In this document: positions 1-14,755 of the stretch, in pieces
How positions within the stretch are numbered: position 1 is the first letter of the stretch
Layout of the letters: every line of letters starts with the position of its first letter
Origin: Eledone cirrhosa
Taxonomy: Eukaryota
Assembly: GCA_964016885.1 (NCBI GenBank)
Contig: OZ024746.1
Coordinates: 39,556,001 to 39,620,000, forward strand
Reading direction: 5' to 3'
DNA length: 64,000 nucleotides
Made by a program: the position numbers and the translations under genes
Notes under the pieces: generated by a model
What the model was told of the DNA's origin: nothing
Database searches by the model: none
The model's input: the letters and a program-made list of their open reading frames with translations, nothing else

Positions 1-63
1 AATAAAGTACCAGTAATACACTGGGTAATTGCTGACCTTGTGCCAAAAGTAGAAACAATTATT
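1..63 (+). mobile_element. 3' end of tRNA-derived SINE (family A), cut by window edge
   Basis: AATAAAGTACCAGTAATACACTGGGTAATTGCTG..CTTGTGCC.AAAGTAGAAACAATTAT, same as 3' ends of the copies at 7314 and 49345. Confidence 0.8.
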
Positions 64-485
64 AGTAATGTTATAATTGTAGTTTTACATCCAGTTCAGT
101 GGAAAGAAAGACTAATATTTGTCGACTAGTATGATTTGTGACATCTATACCTAAATATATATAAATAAACATATATGTACAAATCTAACTTTCTGAATCT
201 CAAAACATACTCAAAATGAGTAAAATATATAAATACATGAATGATTATATATTTAAAACCAAAACAAATATATAAGGATCCCAATCTAAATTATATATAT
301 CTAAAAGGTGTGCATATTCATCAAGAGAACAAGTTAACAAATAATATGTTTATATACCTAAACAGGACCCTTCAGACTAACATTAATTCTATTATAAATG
401 AATAGAAAATAACATTTTTAAAGTTTTAAAATCTGTTATAACGTTTTAGGTTGATAAGAGACGTCAAAAATTAAAACTTGTTTAT

Positions 486-660
486 TTAGTGTTTTTCCTG
501 ACTTTTTGTGAGGCTTTGAATGTAGTTTGAGAATAATTCACTTTTTTTGTTAATTAAGTTTTCCAAATTCCTCTCAGGAAAACCAATACTGTTGAGTGCT
601 TCCAATCTATTGTAAAACTCATTCTTTGATTTATTCATTGAACCTTGTTTAACCTTTAAA
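486..660 (-). pseudogene. Degenerate PLE C-terminal coding remnant
   Basis: LENLINKKSELFS resembles the LLNKRSE..S.CRH C-terminal motif of invertebrate PLE ORFs; similar motif at 13460 and 22380. Confidence 0.4.
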
Positions 661-683
661 TATATATATGAAAGATTCGGCAA

Positions 684-840
684 CCCGACGGCTGAGCTCT
701 TGTCGTTTGAACAGATAGATCCGAACAGTCTTCGTATCTAGCTGTTGAAACGACAGGAGCTCAGCCGTCGAGATGCCAAATCTTTCATATTACCCACTCT
801 ACTACCCCAGGTATCGAGTACTCTGGTGAGTAATGGTCTA
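684..840 (+). mobile_element. Fold-back PLE-like tail (family T)
   Basis: Palindrome CGACGGCTGAGCTC...GAGCTCAGCCGTCG, then ATTACCCACTCTACTACCC, reverse complement of the copies at 15617 and 47172. Confidence 0.55.
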
Positions 841-1355
841 AATGGTTTTTACCGCTTCCAATCTGATATGAGAAAAACCACAAACCCTCCATCTCGATTG
901 AAAAGGATAAGAACTGTGAAACCGGTAAAGGAAACAAATAAATATTCTTAAAAAGACTACAGTTGCATTTTCGATTTCTTTTCCTTATATATATATATAT
1001 CCTGAAGAAACCTAACTCTGGAAATTCATATTATTTGGATGTCCTAAATAAGGAAGAAACCATCGTAGAGATATAATTACGGTATGTGCGCATTTCTTCT
1101 AAGTTTAATTTTACTACTAATTGTGTGTGGTTGATGGTATATTTGGTCGGATTCTGCATGCTGCCGAAATGTTGGATAAATAATGGAACGGGGCTGCCGC
1201 GAAGTGGCTGCGATCAATTGTTTGTCGGAGATTTCCCCATAAGAAAATTTATTCTTAAAGCTTGCTAGATTTGATTTTGTATATGGTTAATTACGCTAAT
1301 TAGAAGAAGAAATAGTATATATTTTAATATCTGATGATTCTATTGACATGATTTA

Positions 1356-1926
<571 letters not shown>

Positions 1927-2249
1927 ACAGAGAACCATTTTGTTTGTTTACCCTAGCGTCCCCTTTATTTACGTGTCCCGACGACTTTTTTTTAGCCGTT
2001 GCTCGCACCAACCTGAGGTATACGGCCTTTAATGCGACGAAATGCCTACGACGGTTGGATGGCCACTGATGAGGACAAACTGTTTCATATATATATATAT
2101 ATATATATATATGATTTCATTTGAATGATACAGTTCTACTCCTGGAGAAGCCATTTCTATATTAAACACGATATTTACACTCTTAATATATTGAGTGCCT
2201 TACTGTGGTTACACCCGATTGAACCCGAACACACACATGTACACACACA

Positions 2250-2294
<45 letters not shown>

Positions 2295-2572
2295 TCACAA
2301 TTTTATATCACCATTTGCTCTCCTTTGTTTTCAAAACACCTCCTCCTGTCGCTCTCTCTATATTGTCTCATTTTCTAAGTCTCCCTCTCTCATTCTCTCT
2401 ATTACTCTCTTACTCACTATCTCTGTCTTACATCAATCTACCCCTTCCTCCTCTTTCCCCTTCTTTCTTTCTCTTACTGTCTCTTTTCTCCATACATCTT
2501 ACAATTCTCTCATTTATTATATTCACACTTTCCGAACCTCCTCCTCTTATATTCTCACTATAACCCTCTCCC

Positions 2573-2653
<81 letters not shown>

Positions 2654-3347
2654 TCTCCATATTCCTTCCTCTGTAGTTCTCACTATTTCTGTCTATCTGA
2701 TTCGTACTACTTATTATTTTCTGTTGTTGAATATTATTTTCTTACTATTTCTGTCTGTTTCACACACTTACTCTCTCTCTCCTCTCTCTTCTCTCTCTCT
2801 CTTTCTCTTTCTCTCCTCCTTCTCCATATCCTTTATATATATTTTGTTTCATTCCATCTTTGATCTTATCTTTCTTTATTCACTTTCTATCTTCATCTAT
2901 TCTCAGTTCCTGCACTTTTTATTTCTATCTCTCCCCCTCTCCCCCTCCCCTCACCCTCTCTTCTTTCTATGTCTATTTCTACCCATCCACCTTACCATAT
3001 ATTTTGTAATGTAATATGAATATTTCAAAAATTGGTTTGTACTAAAGTATTATTATTAAACACATATGAAATAAGTACCAGTAATATGATGATCTTTAAA
3101 GTTCATGGCCTAATTTAATAATTCTAGTTTGATTCATTTCATTTCATGCTTCATGTTAATATCCCTTAGACAAGCATGAACGTCACAACATCACAAGTAT
3201 TTTCTCCTTCTTGGAAGTCAATAAACATGATCAATTAGTAATCGATATTACTATGTTTAACAGACAGAAAATATAGACATTTGACATTTGACTATATTTA
3301 TCCTAGTTTAGTGGAAAAGGTAAATGTCATCATAAATATTTTAATAG

Positions 3348-3385
3348 AATTGTGTACAAAACAATGTTCCAAAATAACTTTCAAG
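3348..3385 (+). CDS. Candidate short exon of host gene
   Basis: ttttaatag| ... CAAG|gtaagg; joins 4569-4615 in frame as IVYKTMFQNNFQAYDLHWPNVSLRGYPE. Confidence 0.3.
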
Positions 3386-4568
3386 GTAAGGACTTAGATC
3401 AAAACAAATTTAAAGCAGAACTGTTCAGCTAGAGAATTGGTTGTAGGTGGCAGATATGATGGCTAGTTGCGATATAAACGGATACCTGCCGGACGAGTAA
3501 GCAGCTCAGGACCAATAGTGATAAACTACTAGGAGAGATGGAGCAATGGATGACAACTTTAGCTCCCAAGAAGTCTCTCACAATCCAATGATATGACGAG
3601 GCGAGTAAAAGCCTCCTCTAAAGAAGCCTAGTGTTCGTCGGTCTGAAAACGTACCATATTGGTGACTGACACGAATGAGACAACAAAAACAATCATGCCA
3701 TATCGTTCTTCAAGTGGCTCAACAAGGGATGCATTCAGGCATCCTTAGGTACAAGGGACTGTTCGAAAAATATATTAGTCTTCATCTCATGCTGTGGAAA
3801 CTGGCGATGGGCTTGCGGCATGTCCTAAGAGGCGTGGGTGGACGCACAAAGATTACGTATCCTGAGAGCCCAAAGAGAGTTTAAAAGGGAGCAAACTGTA
3901 AAAGCAAAACTAAAAATAAAATTATTTTCAATAGTACGATCTTTTTCTTTTTCGGCTTAGCTTTGTCGCATCATTGAAGACTGGGACACATACATGACTG
4001 AGTGGTTAAGAATATTGCTTGTGTGGTATTTTGGGCTAGTGTCTATATCATAGTCTAGGGTCGACTTAAGCTGTGTGAGAGAAATTTGCTTAGATGGGAA
4101 TTGTGTGAGAGCTGGTAAGATGGTTCCTTCCTGTAATTAAATTATATTGTATCATGCTGATTCGGCTTGGGAATTACGTTAAGGGTACTCGTATCTGTGA
4201 AACACTCAACCACTTACACGTTGATACATGAGTTGGATGTTCGGTAGGTTTAACAACTGAATGCTCATCGTTGAACTCGACGGAAGATCTTTCTGTCACA
4301 CCAATTCGGTATCTTATAGCCAAATACATAATTAAAAAGATAATAGTCATATAATTGTTTATTTCACACATATATTGATGGTGTTGGAACTTTCTAATTT
4401 ATTTTCACACTCCATAGAAAAGATCGATGTCGTATTAAAAATACTGTAGTGTACAGAAGTATTTTTTCTTCTGAATATATTTTGGAAATATCTCAAAATG
4501 CAACAATTGTCTACACATTGATAAGTCTCATTGAACGAAGCCACTTGACAATTTGGGTTTTCACTTAG

Positions 4569-4615
4569 CTTATGACCTACATTGGCCTAATGTGTCATTG
4601 AGAGGCTACCCTGAG
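4569..4615 (+). CDS. Candidate short exon of host gene
   Basis: tttcacttag| ... GAG|gtaatg; open frame AYDLHWPNVSLRGYPE. Confidence 0.3.
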
Positions 4616-4844
4616 GTAATGTGGCATTATTTAGTGAATCATTAGAGAGTAAGTATTAAATATATTTCATATTTAACAGAAAAGTGTCAGACAACATACC
4701 TTCAAATATATAGATTCGTTTTAATGTAGTTTAGATTCAAATTCTAGTGTGTTATTCTTCCGTTCTTATCTCTCTAGGATCTTTGAAATAGTATCAGGTG
4801 TTTGCTGGAGTCGATTCAAGCGATCTTACTTAATCATAATACTG

Positions 4845-5030
4845 TGGGTTCGATTCCTGGACTGGGTTGTGAGTTGTGTTCTTGAGCAAAACACTTCATT
4901 TCATGTTGCTCCAATACACTCAGCTGAAAATGAGTACCAGCAATAGCTGTGGGTTTAACCCTGTGTTGTACTGGCGCCATGACCAGGGAGGAGTCTTGCA
5001 CTCTCCGTCGCTTAACGCATTCGGGCTCGG
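4845..5030 (+). mobile_element. tRNA-derived SINE (family B, CORE/V-like body), degraded
   Basis: B-box GGTTCGATTCC then TTGTGTTCTTGAGCAAAACACTTCATTTC; second copy at 43177. Confidence 0.6.
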
Positions 5031-6020
5031 AAAAACGTAGAAAGGGAGATAATTTTAATCTTAGTTAACTAAATTTACATTTGAGTTTGTGTATTATTAA
5101 AGCAAATATTGAACCGAATGTTGAATGTTCAATGTAAAATTCTGTAGATATCTGTATTAAAAAATAAAAGTTTATTATCATATCATTTTGAGCTAAATAA
5201 CAACGTCAATACTTGTATAATTTCTTGAAAGATTTTCTTAGATTTTTAATATTTAAACAAAAGTTTCTTTTGTGACTTGCCGAATCACAAGACCAAAGAG
5301 GTTGATTAATTTTTGTTTTTAGTTTTGCTTTTACAGTTTGCTTCCTTTCCACCTCTCTTAAAAAACCGGACCTTTTCATAGATGTCAACTTGGTTAAATT
5401 AAACTATGCGTTTAATTGCTCCTGAGCAAGAAAACTGCTAGCAATAAAGCAGCCAACTGGAAATTTTTTTTATCCGTCATTCCTTTTCGTAACAGAAACA
5501 AGAGATGATCAACATCTGAATACATTCTCGTGTTTCGAAAATGGATTAATTTACCTTAGCCTTATCCAGTCGACAGTGACAAAGTTACTAAAATTTATAG
5601 ATGACTTGTATAATATCTATTTCAGATGACCAGAAAATTCTAAGATAACCACGTAAAAACAGGAGATATGTTATAAGTTTCTCCATGAAAATAACTTACA
5701 TGGTTCCATGCGAGTAAAATGAGGCAACGACTTGCTGTGATTCTCTTGAATAAATATATGGTGCCAAATAAAATACTATGAAGTTGGAATGATGCCAAAA
5801 AACCTGAAGCTAAGATTCTTATTTGACTGAAGTTGTATTACAAAGGCTACAGACATCATGTTACAACAGAGCAAACGGCAATTCTAAAGTCTTGCTTTAT
5901 AAGCATATCTACCGCAAGCCAACTAACTAGACACTCAAAACAAAAATAATAATATTTTAGCTGAATCTGTATGTGAACACACACATGCCACCCCCTATAT
6001 ATATATATATATATATATAC

Positions 6021-6115
<95 letters not shown>

Positions 6116-6289
6116 GACACACACTTTTACTAATTTTATTCATAAGAGTGAACATTATGAAATAATTGAATTATAGAAAAGAACATAATATATAAATATA
6201 GATATAAATATAAAGAATTGAAGAAAATATTGTTGACGCACTAAGAAAAGGTTTCTCCGACGTTCGACCACAATCAAGTTAATAAATAG

Positions 6290-6515
6290 AATTTACTGCA
6301 TATCAAAACATTTTTACATTATGGGGCAGATAATGTATGTGAAAACCATTTTTTACGAAAGTGAAAACAGTAAGTTATACTGGAATATCATTGAAATAAG
6401 AGCATAACATTTACAAAATAGGTCTAAGATTCATATCGATTCTCGTGCTTGATAAGCATAGAATTTTTGAGATTTTTGGATTTCAGGATTTCGGATAAAG
6501 GAATACAATACCCGC
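6290..6515. mobile_element. Possible pogo/Tigger-type MITE remnant
   Basis: End GGATTTCAGGATTTCGGATAAAGGAATACAATACCCG resembles MER2-like termini (recognition only). Confidence 0.3.
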
Positions 6516-6629
6516 TATGTATAGTAAATGTTATTGTTAACAAGCGTCTTGGATGTCTCCATAATTTCATGAAATATTTTCTTCAAAATTTTCCAGTTTT
6601 TTACTTTACAATTTCAAATTGGAGGCAGA

Positions 6630-6740
6630 AAAGAGAACATATAGTCATTGAGGAGGTCACAGAATGTGTGACGAAAGAACTTCGATGTATTAACGAATAA
6701 ATAGTAATAAAGATAAAGGGTAAAACTACAAATCATATGG
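6630..6740 (+). mobile_element. PLE 3' fragment with degenerate hammerhead
   Basis: GAGGTCACAGAATGTGTGACGAAAGAACTT identical to 59237-59266 in the Penelope-like element. Confidence 0.65.
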
Positions 6741-6839
6741 TGATGGTGTTTCTTTCTGTTTGCAATACTGACAACATGACCATCCCCAAATATAACGATA
6801 AAGGTCTCATCACACGATTTCACATCAAGAATCAAACAT

Positions 6840-7000
6840 TCGGACGCCATGCTTTCCAGCATAGTTACGTCCCTTTACGGTCTGAGTTCAAATCCCGCCG
6901 AGGTTGACTTTGCCTTTCATCCTTACGGGGTCGATAAAATAAAGTACCAGTAATGCACTGGATAATTGCTGGCCTTGTGCCAAAAGAAGAAACAATTATT
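6840..7000 (+). mobile_element. SINE family A
   Basis: B-box GAGTTCAAATCC; body GCCTTTCATCCTTACGGGGTCGATAAAATAAAGTACC (Meta/MESC-like domain by recognition). Confidence 0.85.
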
Positions 7001-7313
7001 TTCAAAATAAACCTAATTTCAAAATGATTTTCTATTTTCTTCTGAAGTACAGTATTTGTAGTTCTAAGTAAGCTCATATCACTTCGAAGTGAAAATAACG
7101 ATTTGAAAGTCATTACATTCCAGCTCATAATTTCAAAGTGAGCACATTTCACTTCAAATTGAGAATAGCGATTTCACTGAAAAGGATTTGACTGTGAGGT
7201 TATGAGAAATGAACAGAAAACATGAAATAATTTTCTGATAAGAAGGAAGTAGACAAAAAATTATGTTTAAAAGAAAATATAGCATTAATACATAACATTA
7301 TTTGTATAGTTAG

Positions 7314-7484
7314 CCGGTAGAGGGTCGGACGCCATGCTTTCCAGCATAGTTACGTCCCTTAACGATCTGAGTTCAAATCCCGCCGAGGTTGACTTTGCCT
7401 TTCATCCTTACGGGGTCGATAAAATAAAGTACCAGTAATGCACTGGGTAATTGCTGGCCTTGTGCCTAAAGTAGAAACAATTAT
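7314..7484 (+). mobile_element. SINE family A
   Basis: Near-identical to the 6840 copy. Confidence 0.85.
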
Positions 7485-7693
7485 TTGTATAGTTAGCAAG
7501 TTTTTTTCGTCTTTTTCGGGTGTAAATAAAGCAATAGCACTGATTCACGATCATAATAATTTATGAGCTGATTGCAAGCAACGTTGTACACTTGTGTCTT
7601 TTTTCAACATTTTCTTGAAGCTGTTTGTCTAAACATTACAAAAACACAGCTCAAAGAATGGGCCCTTTAACTCGATTAGTGCTGCACTATGCC

Positions 7694-7922
7694 TCAATCC
7701 TTTAGCATTTAAACCAGCCGTATCCAGCCAAATTTCTCTCATCTCTTTCACTTCAAACCTGCCATAACCGGCCACTCATACTGATGTTAAGGTGTGGTTT
7801 CCAAAATAAATATTATCAAAATCTCATAGATTCGATATTATGTGAGATAATTATATGAGGTAATGCCTTTAACATGGAAATACATTAGTAACTATAGAGT
7901 AATGTAAATGCTAAAAGGTTAA
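7694..7922. mobile_element. piggyBac-type MITE
   Basis: Ends (T)CCTTTAGCAT ... ATGCTAAAAGG|TTAA; reverse-orientation relative at 46084-46280. Confidence 0.55.
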
Positions 7923-8494
7923 ACAATCGTTTGTTTCATTAAAAATACTGGTTTTCTGCTAGCATGTGTAGTGTGTATATTGATATTATACGCAAGTATA
8001 TGTACATGTAGATATGATACATCAAATAAAATCGTAATTGACAATATATAATACATAGAAATTGAGCGAAGACTACGTTACACTGTCTTATGTAATCAGT
8101 AGCGTAATCCATGATACATTAAAAAAGATGATATTATATATAAACTGCCCTAGGAGAAAATTAGTATGTTTTTTTAAGCGATGGCCAACCGGAAGTGTTG
8201 ACATTTCAGAAATTTTAAAGAAGTGAATCGTTAAATAAACAGAATATATTTAATCAATAGCCACGAAATTTAGTAGATAAATTATGTAATATTCATTCAT
8301 TACTTATTCAAAGTAATCCAACTTATTTTAATAATGGGATAAACAATTATAAACCGTACGCAGTCCCGCGCTCCGCCCTTTATTATAGTTTAGATATTCT
8401 TCAACTGACCAAACTTTTCCTGCAATATTTTCTCAGCACTATGTACTCTTTGCTAATCAAATCAATTATTTTTAGGTTTTATTATAAGTGATAT

Positions 8495-8706
8495 GAGGGC
8501 AGTAAATTAGTAGCATCGGTAGAGTGTCGGACAGCATGTTTTGCGGCATACCTTTACGTTTTAAGTTCAAATCCCGTCGAGGTTAGCTTTGCCTTTTATC
8601 GTTATGGGATCAATAGAATAAAGTACTAGTAACGTACTGGGGTCGATTTAATCGATTTCTCCCTCCCCCAAATTGTTGGCCTTGTGCCTAAATCAGAAAC
8701 AATTAT
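8495..8706 (+). mobile_element. SINE family A, full length, diverged
   Basis: A-box-like head, B-box, conserved body, tail GGCCTTGTGCCTAAATCAGAAAC. Confidence 0.8.
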
Positions 8707-8820
8707 AAATTATATGAGCTCACTATGAAATCCTTATTCTCACTTTCAAGTAATATGTGATCATTAAGAATTATTTCAACCATCCCAGAATATCTCAAAA
8801 GTTCATTCTTTCTTCTACAG

Positions 8821-8870
8821 AGATCCGGAGGAAGATGCTTCACTTTTATCTATGATTCACAAAGTACTAG
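8821..8870 (+). CDS. Candidate short exon of host gene
   Basis: Strong acceptor ttcattctttcttctacag|, donor AG|gtaata; open frames DPEEDASLLSMIHKVL or RSGGRCFTFIYDSQST. Confidence 0.4.
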
Positions 8871-8972
8871 GTAATATTCCCATGGGCATAAAGCTAGTCC
8901 AGTTCAGGCAACTGTTTTTATAAAATATATTTGAGCGACAAAACGCAATTATGGCTTCTATTCCTCGGGAAA

Positions 8973-9669
8973 CTAGCAGAATGGCCCGGCGTTGCTCGGG
9001 CTTCTAAACATAGATTGGCATGTTTATCCCTCCTTTCTGAAACAGTACAGAGAAGTACGGAATACCTCGGCCTGGGGATGGTGTCTACATTTTGTGCTTA
9101 TAAAAAAATTCGTCGTAGATTACCAGGGGTTTAACTTAATTGGGTGGCTGAGAGTAAAATGTTGAACCCACGAAAGCCAAGACGATAGGGTTAAGTAAAA
9201 AGGCATTCGACAAACCGAAATGTATTTGTTGTGCTATGGTACAATGAAAGCAATAGTTACAGAGCAGTAAGCATGTGGGACTGCAGAGAGGATGAAGGAA
9301 TTTAGTTGAATACTTTTAAGGTTACAAAAATCTACCCAATCTGATATAGACCGAACTGTTATATCGGATGCCGAACGCTTCGGAGTTACTATTGGGGTCA
9401 CCATCAACAATTTCAAGGGATGTACGTTTAAGTAGGGATAATATAGTCTATAAAGAGAGGTAACACTTTCAAAATACTAAAAGTTTTAGTGAAAAAGACG
9501 TCTTTAACAACAGAAAATTGAAAAGTAAAAGCTGCAGTTAATATCTTTAGACCGCAAGGAATATATAAAAGTTTGAAGTCAATCGGAGTAGAAATGTGAA
9601 TTTGTATAGACTTTGCCCAAATTAGGACACACACACATACACAACTTCAGTTTTATACATATGTATAGA
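8973..9669 (-). mobile_element. Non-autonomous Helitron
   Basis: Minus strand starts A|TCTATAC, ends with hairpin CCCGAGCAACGCCGGG and CTAG|T: 5'-TC, 3'-CTRR, A|T target. Confidence 0.75.
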
Positions 9670-9799
9670 TACGTTACCTAGGTAGCTGTAACATTGATTG
9701 CGTAGAATACAAGCTATAAAACGAGAGAAGAATTGATGTCTTCTTACGGTCGACTTTTCAAATATAAATATTTGTTTTGACCAACCTCCATCCCTATTT

Positions 9800-10720
9800 A
9801 AACTGAAAATGTGGTTACCAAATCTCAGCATAGTAGATATTTCCAGTTTACACTTCAGGATCATCAACAACGAAATTGTGGGTTAGATTTATGATTTTCT
9901 TTCTGTTGACAATAAAACTGGATTTGTGTTTAAAGAAATGAATGGATTCGATGCCAAAATAAACAAAAGCACAAACAGGTTGTTTCTTTCATAAATTTTT
10001 TATAAAAGATTTCTAAAATGGTAGACAATCGTTGTGCTTTTAGTTACAAGGGTGTGGGTGTTTGACAATGTTTCCGTAAGTCTTTCGATGGCAGCATCTA
10101 AAATAACATGTACAGTTACTTGCTGTCTAGGTTGCAAATGTAGTTATTCCAGCAGTCGTGAACGAGGAATAACGTCAAACGCTCGTGTAATAAAGCTATA
10201 AGATAAGATTTATACCTTGTTTATCGTTTTACTCCCGACAGGACAGGTTTATTATATACAAGATGTTTCACATATCCCCACATTCCCTCTTTTTAAATGT
10301 TTACTCAATATTAACTCATGATGGTCTTGGAGGTTTAAACGTTGCGTGCGATGCGTGTATTCTGCCAAGTCTGTGTTTCATTGTTAGCTATAGTTTTATC
10401 TGTTATGGTAAACTAGATTGGCATGTTAATCTGGTCTTCCATAGTTCTTTTAAATAAACATGGGAGTCTTCTGTAGAACATTAATATTTTGCATTATTTG
10501 GTCTCTTACTAGTGCCTTCTCATTATGTAGCTTTCCCACGGCTTTAGTATAAATGTTGGTGTGGTACTGTTGATGTTGGTACAATATTCCTTCATGCTTT
10601 TATTCAGCCATGACACATTTTCTTTTCATTCCAGATGTTAGACCCAAATTATTTAAGATCTTCCTGTATCGGGGTTCTTTTTATTGAGATGCTGTTATTT
10701 TTCATGCTCCCACACCGGTA
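9800..10720 (-). pseudogene. Heavily decayed non-LTR RT, R4/Dong-like
   Basis: Colinear degenerate motifs FGSNIW, KLHNEKA..RDQI, RAFDVIPRS, LLFILASNP, THNFVVDD. Confidence 0.5.
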
Positions 10721-11356
10721 GCATATAGTTTATATATGTATGTATACATGTGTTTATAGGTATCTATTATTGTATGTTTATATCTCTGAGCATTTATTTA
10801 TCTATGCGTTCTGAATTTTAAAAAAAAAAATTGTTTCGTAATTGTAAGCAGGAGCGAGGGAAGTGCTGGTGGGGGAAGATCTGTAACCGAATTCAGGAGT
10901 GGATATAAATTGTATAAACGTTCGTTTATCAGCTCATCAAGTCTAACGTAGTATGAGAGAAAGAAAGAAAGAAAGAAAGAAGGAAGAGAGAGACAGATAA
11001 TGTCTGCATTTATTTGTCGTATGTATTTATGATCTGACCCATTATTTCAACACATATTTCTGTATTTGTTTCCTTTATTTGCTCTACTTCTCTTCTTGTT
11101 TAAATAATTTTCTAATTATCTCTGAATTCGTTATCAATTAAAGACATTTAGTAGGAATGCAGGGAACTAATTATTACATCCTATTAACATTATTCCCTAT
11201 CCTTGAAATCGATGCTAAATTAATTATGTTATCATAGTTTAGAGAGAGAGGGAGAGAGTAAGACAGTGACAAACACACACGCTCACACACACACACACAC
11301 ACACAAACACGCACGCACGCACACGCACATACATACACGCAGACAGTGGATTTATA

Positions 11357-11507
11357 CTTTGCAGCAAAGAGTTACGGCCCTTTATGGTCTGAGTTCAAAT
11401 TCCGCCGAGTTTAACTTTGCCTTTCATCCTTACGGGGTCGATAAAATAAAGTACCAGTAATACACTGGAATAATTGCTGGCCTTGTGTCAAAAGTAGAAA
11501 CAATTAT
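11357..11507 (+). mobile_element. SINE family A (5'-truncated)
   Basis: B-box, conserved body and tail. Confidence 0.8.
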
Positions 11508-12087
11508 TTATTATATATTATTTACAATTTGCATTTAGACAGGTCTCCCTGGAAATAGGTGGGGGCGCTGATGGGATTACGTGGCCTTGAGGAGGGTGGG
11601 TGGGCAAACGTTTGATAACCTCTGCACTAATATAGTAGCAAAATAATGATTAGACATTCTAATATTTCAATGCTATGGAGAGAGAGTAATTGATACATGG
11701 AGTAAAACACAGGACAATATGGTTTCCAGTAATTAATTTTTTCACTCTATCTTCTAAGATTTAATCTTTCCGAGTCAGCTTTGCTTTTATATTTTCAAGA
11801 TCGAAATAAATGACAAAGTTAGTACTTCAGCACAAAACAATTTCTGCACAATTTTAGAAGCCTTTGGCAATGCAAGAAATCAATACTTTAATGCTGGAAC
11901 GCGGTTGCCATAATATGACGCTTGTTGTTGGTGAAGCAAGCCAGTGATAAAATTTAATTTGGCAGAGAGAATCGCAGCACGAACATCACAATATATGCTG
12001 TACTCATTAATAATATATTTACAGTTTCATATTCTTGTGAAAGATTGTATTTTAAAAGTTGGCTGAGAAGATAGAACGAGATGTTAA

Positions 12088-12125
<38 letters not shown>

Positions 12126-12194
12126 TTAAGGTATATACATACATACACACTTATAAAAACGGACACACACGTACTCGCACACATATATATGGGC

Positions 12195-12244
<50 letters not shown>

Positions 12245-12249
<5 letters not shown>

Positions 12250-12982
12250 AGATTTGAATGGATACAGTTTAGTTGAAAGGAATTTATTGACACGTGTTTC
12301 TATAACAGTTACATAACCTAAAACAGCTATCTACAAACTTTTAGTTATGCAGACATTCAATATTTCAATGTTATTATTTACTGTCATTTCATCAGAATAA
12401 TATTACTGAGGACCTATTTAGTTTTTATAGAGAATATTAGGAGGGAGGGGTGAAGTTGTTAGAAGAATAGTTGAAGGAGTGGTTTTTCGATAGCAGTGAG
12501 AATTCTTGGTGGCAGTGAGTAATTAGATTCCCATCTGTTGTTTTGACATTTTTTATAGAATATATTATTGGTTATTTTTCTAAATCTATAGAAGGATTAG
12601 AGATAGTAAAGATATGCGTGGTTGGTTTTGTGTTTGCACTTAATTAACATTCAGACTTAAATTTTTCTTTCAAGTGTACGTATCCTTTCACCCACGCATT
12701 CACACACAAATATATTTGCACACCTCTACAAAATACATATACTCACAATTCACATATTCATACTTACATATATATACACATGCATACACATATATATACA
12801 CACATGTATTCATGTACATACATACGCGCTCATGTGTATACATTTTCATACTCAACTTATCTTTATATACACACGTATAGACACACACATATATACATAC
12901 ATACTCTAGTCCATGTGTACACACATACACATACTTACACATCCATATACACATATATACATACATATATACATACACATAC

Positions 12983-13035
<53 letters not shown>

Positions 13036-13864
13036 TACATATATATACACATACACATATATACATATACATATATATATAAGCACTTTAATACATGAAT
13101 ACACTTACATCTAACTATACACATCAAACATATATATATATTTACTTATTTATATACATTTTCACATATATATACATACTTATGGACGTTTTTAGACACA
13201 TTCATTATCGCATATTTGTACCTATTCTCATCAGCATATCTTTTCATTATTAGTATGGTAATTTAAGGTTATTAATATATGTTGAGAAGAGATTGTTTTT
13301 ATATTTTTCTAACTAGATTAAGGTTTATATAGTTGGGGGATGTCCCTCTTTTATGTAATATTCGGCTTGTAGTGGGAAAAAAGGGTTTTAGTTCTGTGAC
13401 GGCAGAATAATGTTCGTTCAATTCTGTTATTCAGCAGTTTCATAATCACACACAAGAAGAAACTGCTGAATAACAGAATTGAACGAACATTATTCTGCCG
13501 TCACAGAACTAAAACCCTTTTTTCCCACTACAAGCCGAATATTACATAAAAGAGGGACATCCCCCAACTATATAAACCTTAATCTAGTTAGAAAAATATA
13601 AAAACAATCTCTTCTCAACATATATTAATAACCTTAAATTACCATACTAATAATGAAAAGATATGCTGATGAGAATAGGTACAAATATGCGATAATGAAT
13701 GTGTCTAAAAACGTCCATAAGTATGTATATATATGTGAAAATGTATATAAATAAGTAAATATATATATATGTTTGATGTGTATAGTTAGATGTAAGTGTA
13801 TTCATGTATTAAAGTGCTTATATATATATGTATATGTATATATGTGTATGTGTATATATATGTA

Positions 13865-13909
<45 letters not shown>

Positions 13910-14755
13910 GTATGTGTATGTATATATGTATGTATATATGTGTATATGGATGTGTAAGTATGTGTATGTGTGTACACATGGACTAGAGTATGTATGTATA
14001 TATGTGTGTGTCTATACGTGTGTATATAAAGATAAGTTGAGTATGAAAATGTATACACATGAGCGCGTATGTATGTACATGAATACATGTGTGTATATAT
14101 ATGTGTATGCATGTGTATATATATGTAAGTATGAATATGTGAATTGTGAGTATATGTATTTTGTAGAGGTGCGCAAATATATTTGTGTGTGAATGCGTGG
14201 GTGAAAGGATACGTACACTTGAAAGAAAAATTTAAGTCTGAATGTTAATTAAGTGCAAACACAAAACCAACCACGCATATCTTTACTATCTCTAATCCTT
14301 CTATAGATTTAGAAAAATAACCAATAATATATTCTATAAAAAATGTCAAAACAACAGATGGGAATCTAATTACTCACTGCCACCAAGAATTCTCACTGCT
14401 ATCGAAAAACCACTCCTTCAACTATTCTTCTAACAACTTCACCCCTCCCTCCTAATATTCTCTATAAAAACTAAATAGGTCCTCAGTAATATTATTCTGA
14501 TGAAATGACAGTAAATAATAACATTGAAATATTGAATGTCTGCATAACTAAAAGTTTGTAGATAGCTGTTTTAGGTTATGTAACTGTTATAGAAACACGT
14601 GTCAATAAATTCCTTTCAACTAAACTGTATCCATTCAAATCTTTCTATTTTTCTCCGGATTACTTTTGGAACTACAACTGGAACCGTCGAGCAAACTCTA
14701 CGTGAGCTGATAATCTACTGTGTGTAATATTTATATTACAACACAACGGAAAATA

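Noticed and set aside
5699-5803. Minus-strand exon bounded by cag| and |gtaagt
   Set aside because: No partner exons or recognisable peptide; expected by chance.
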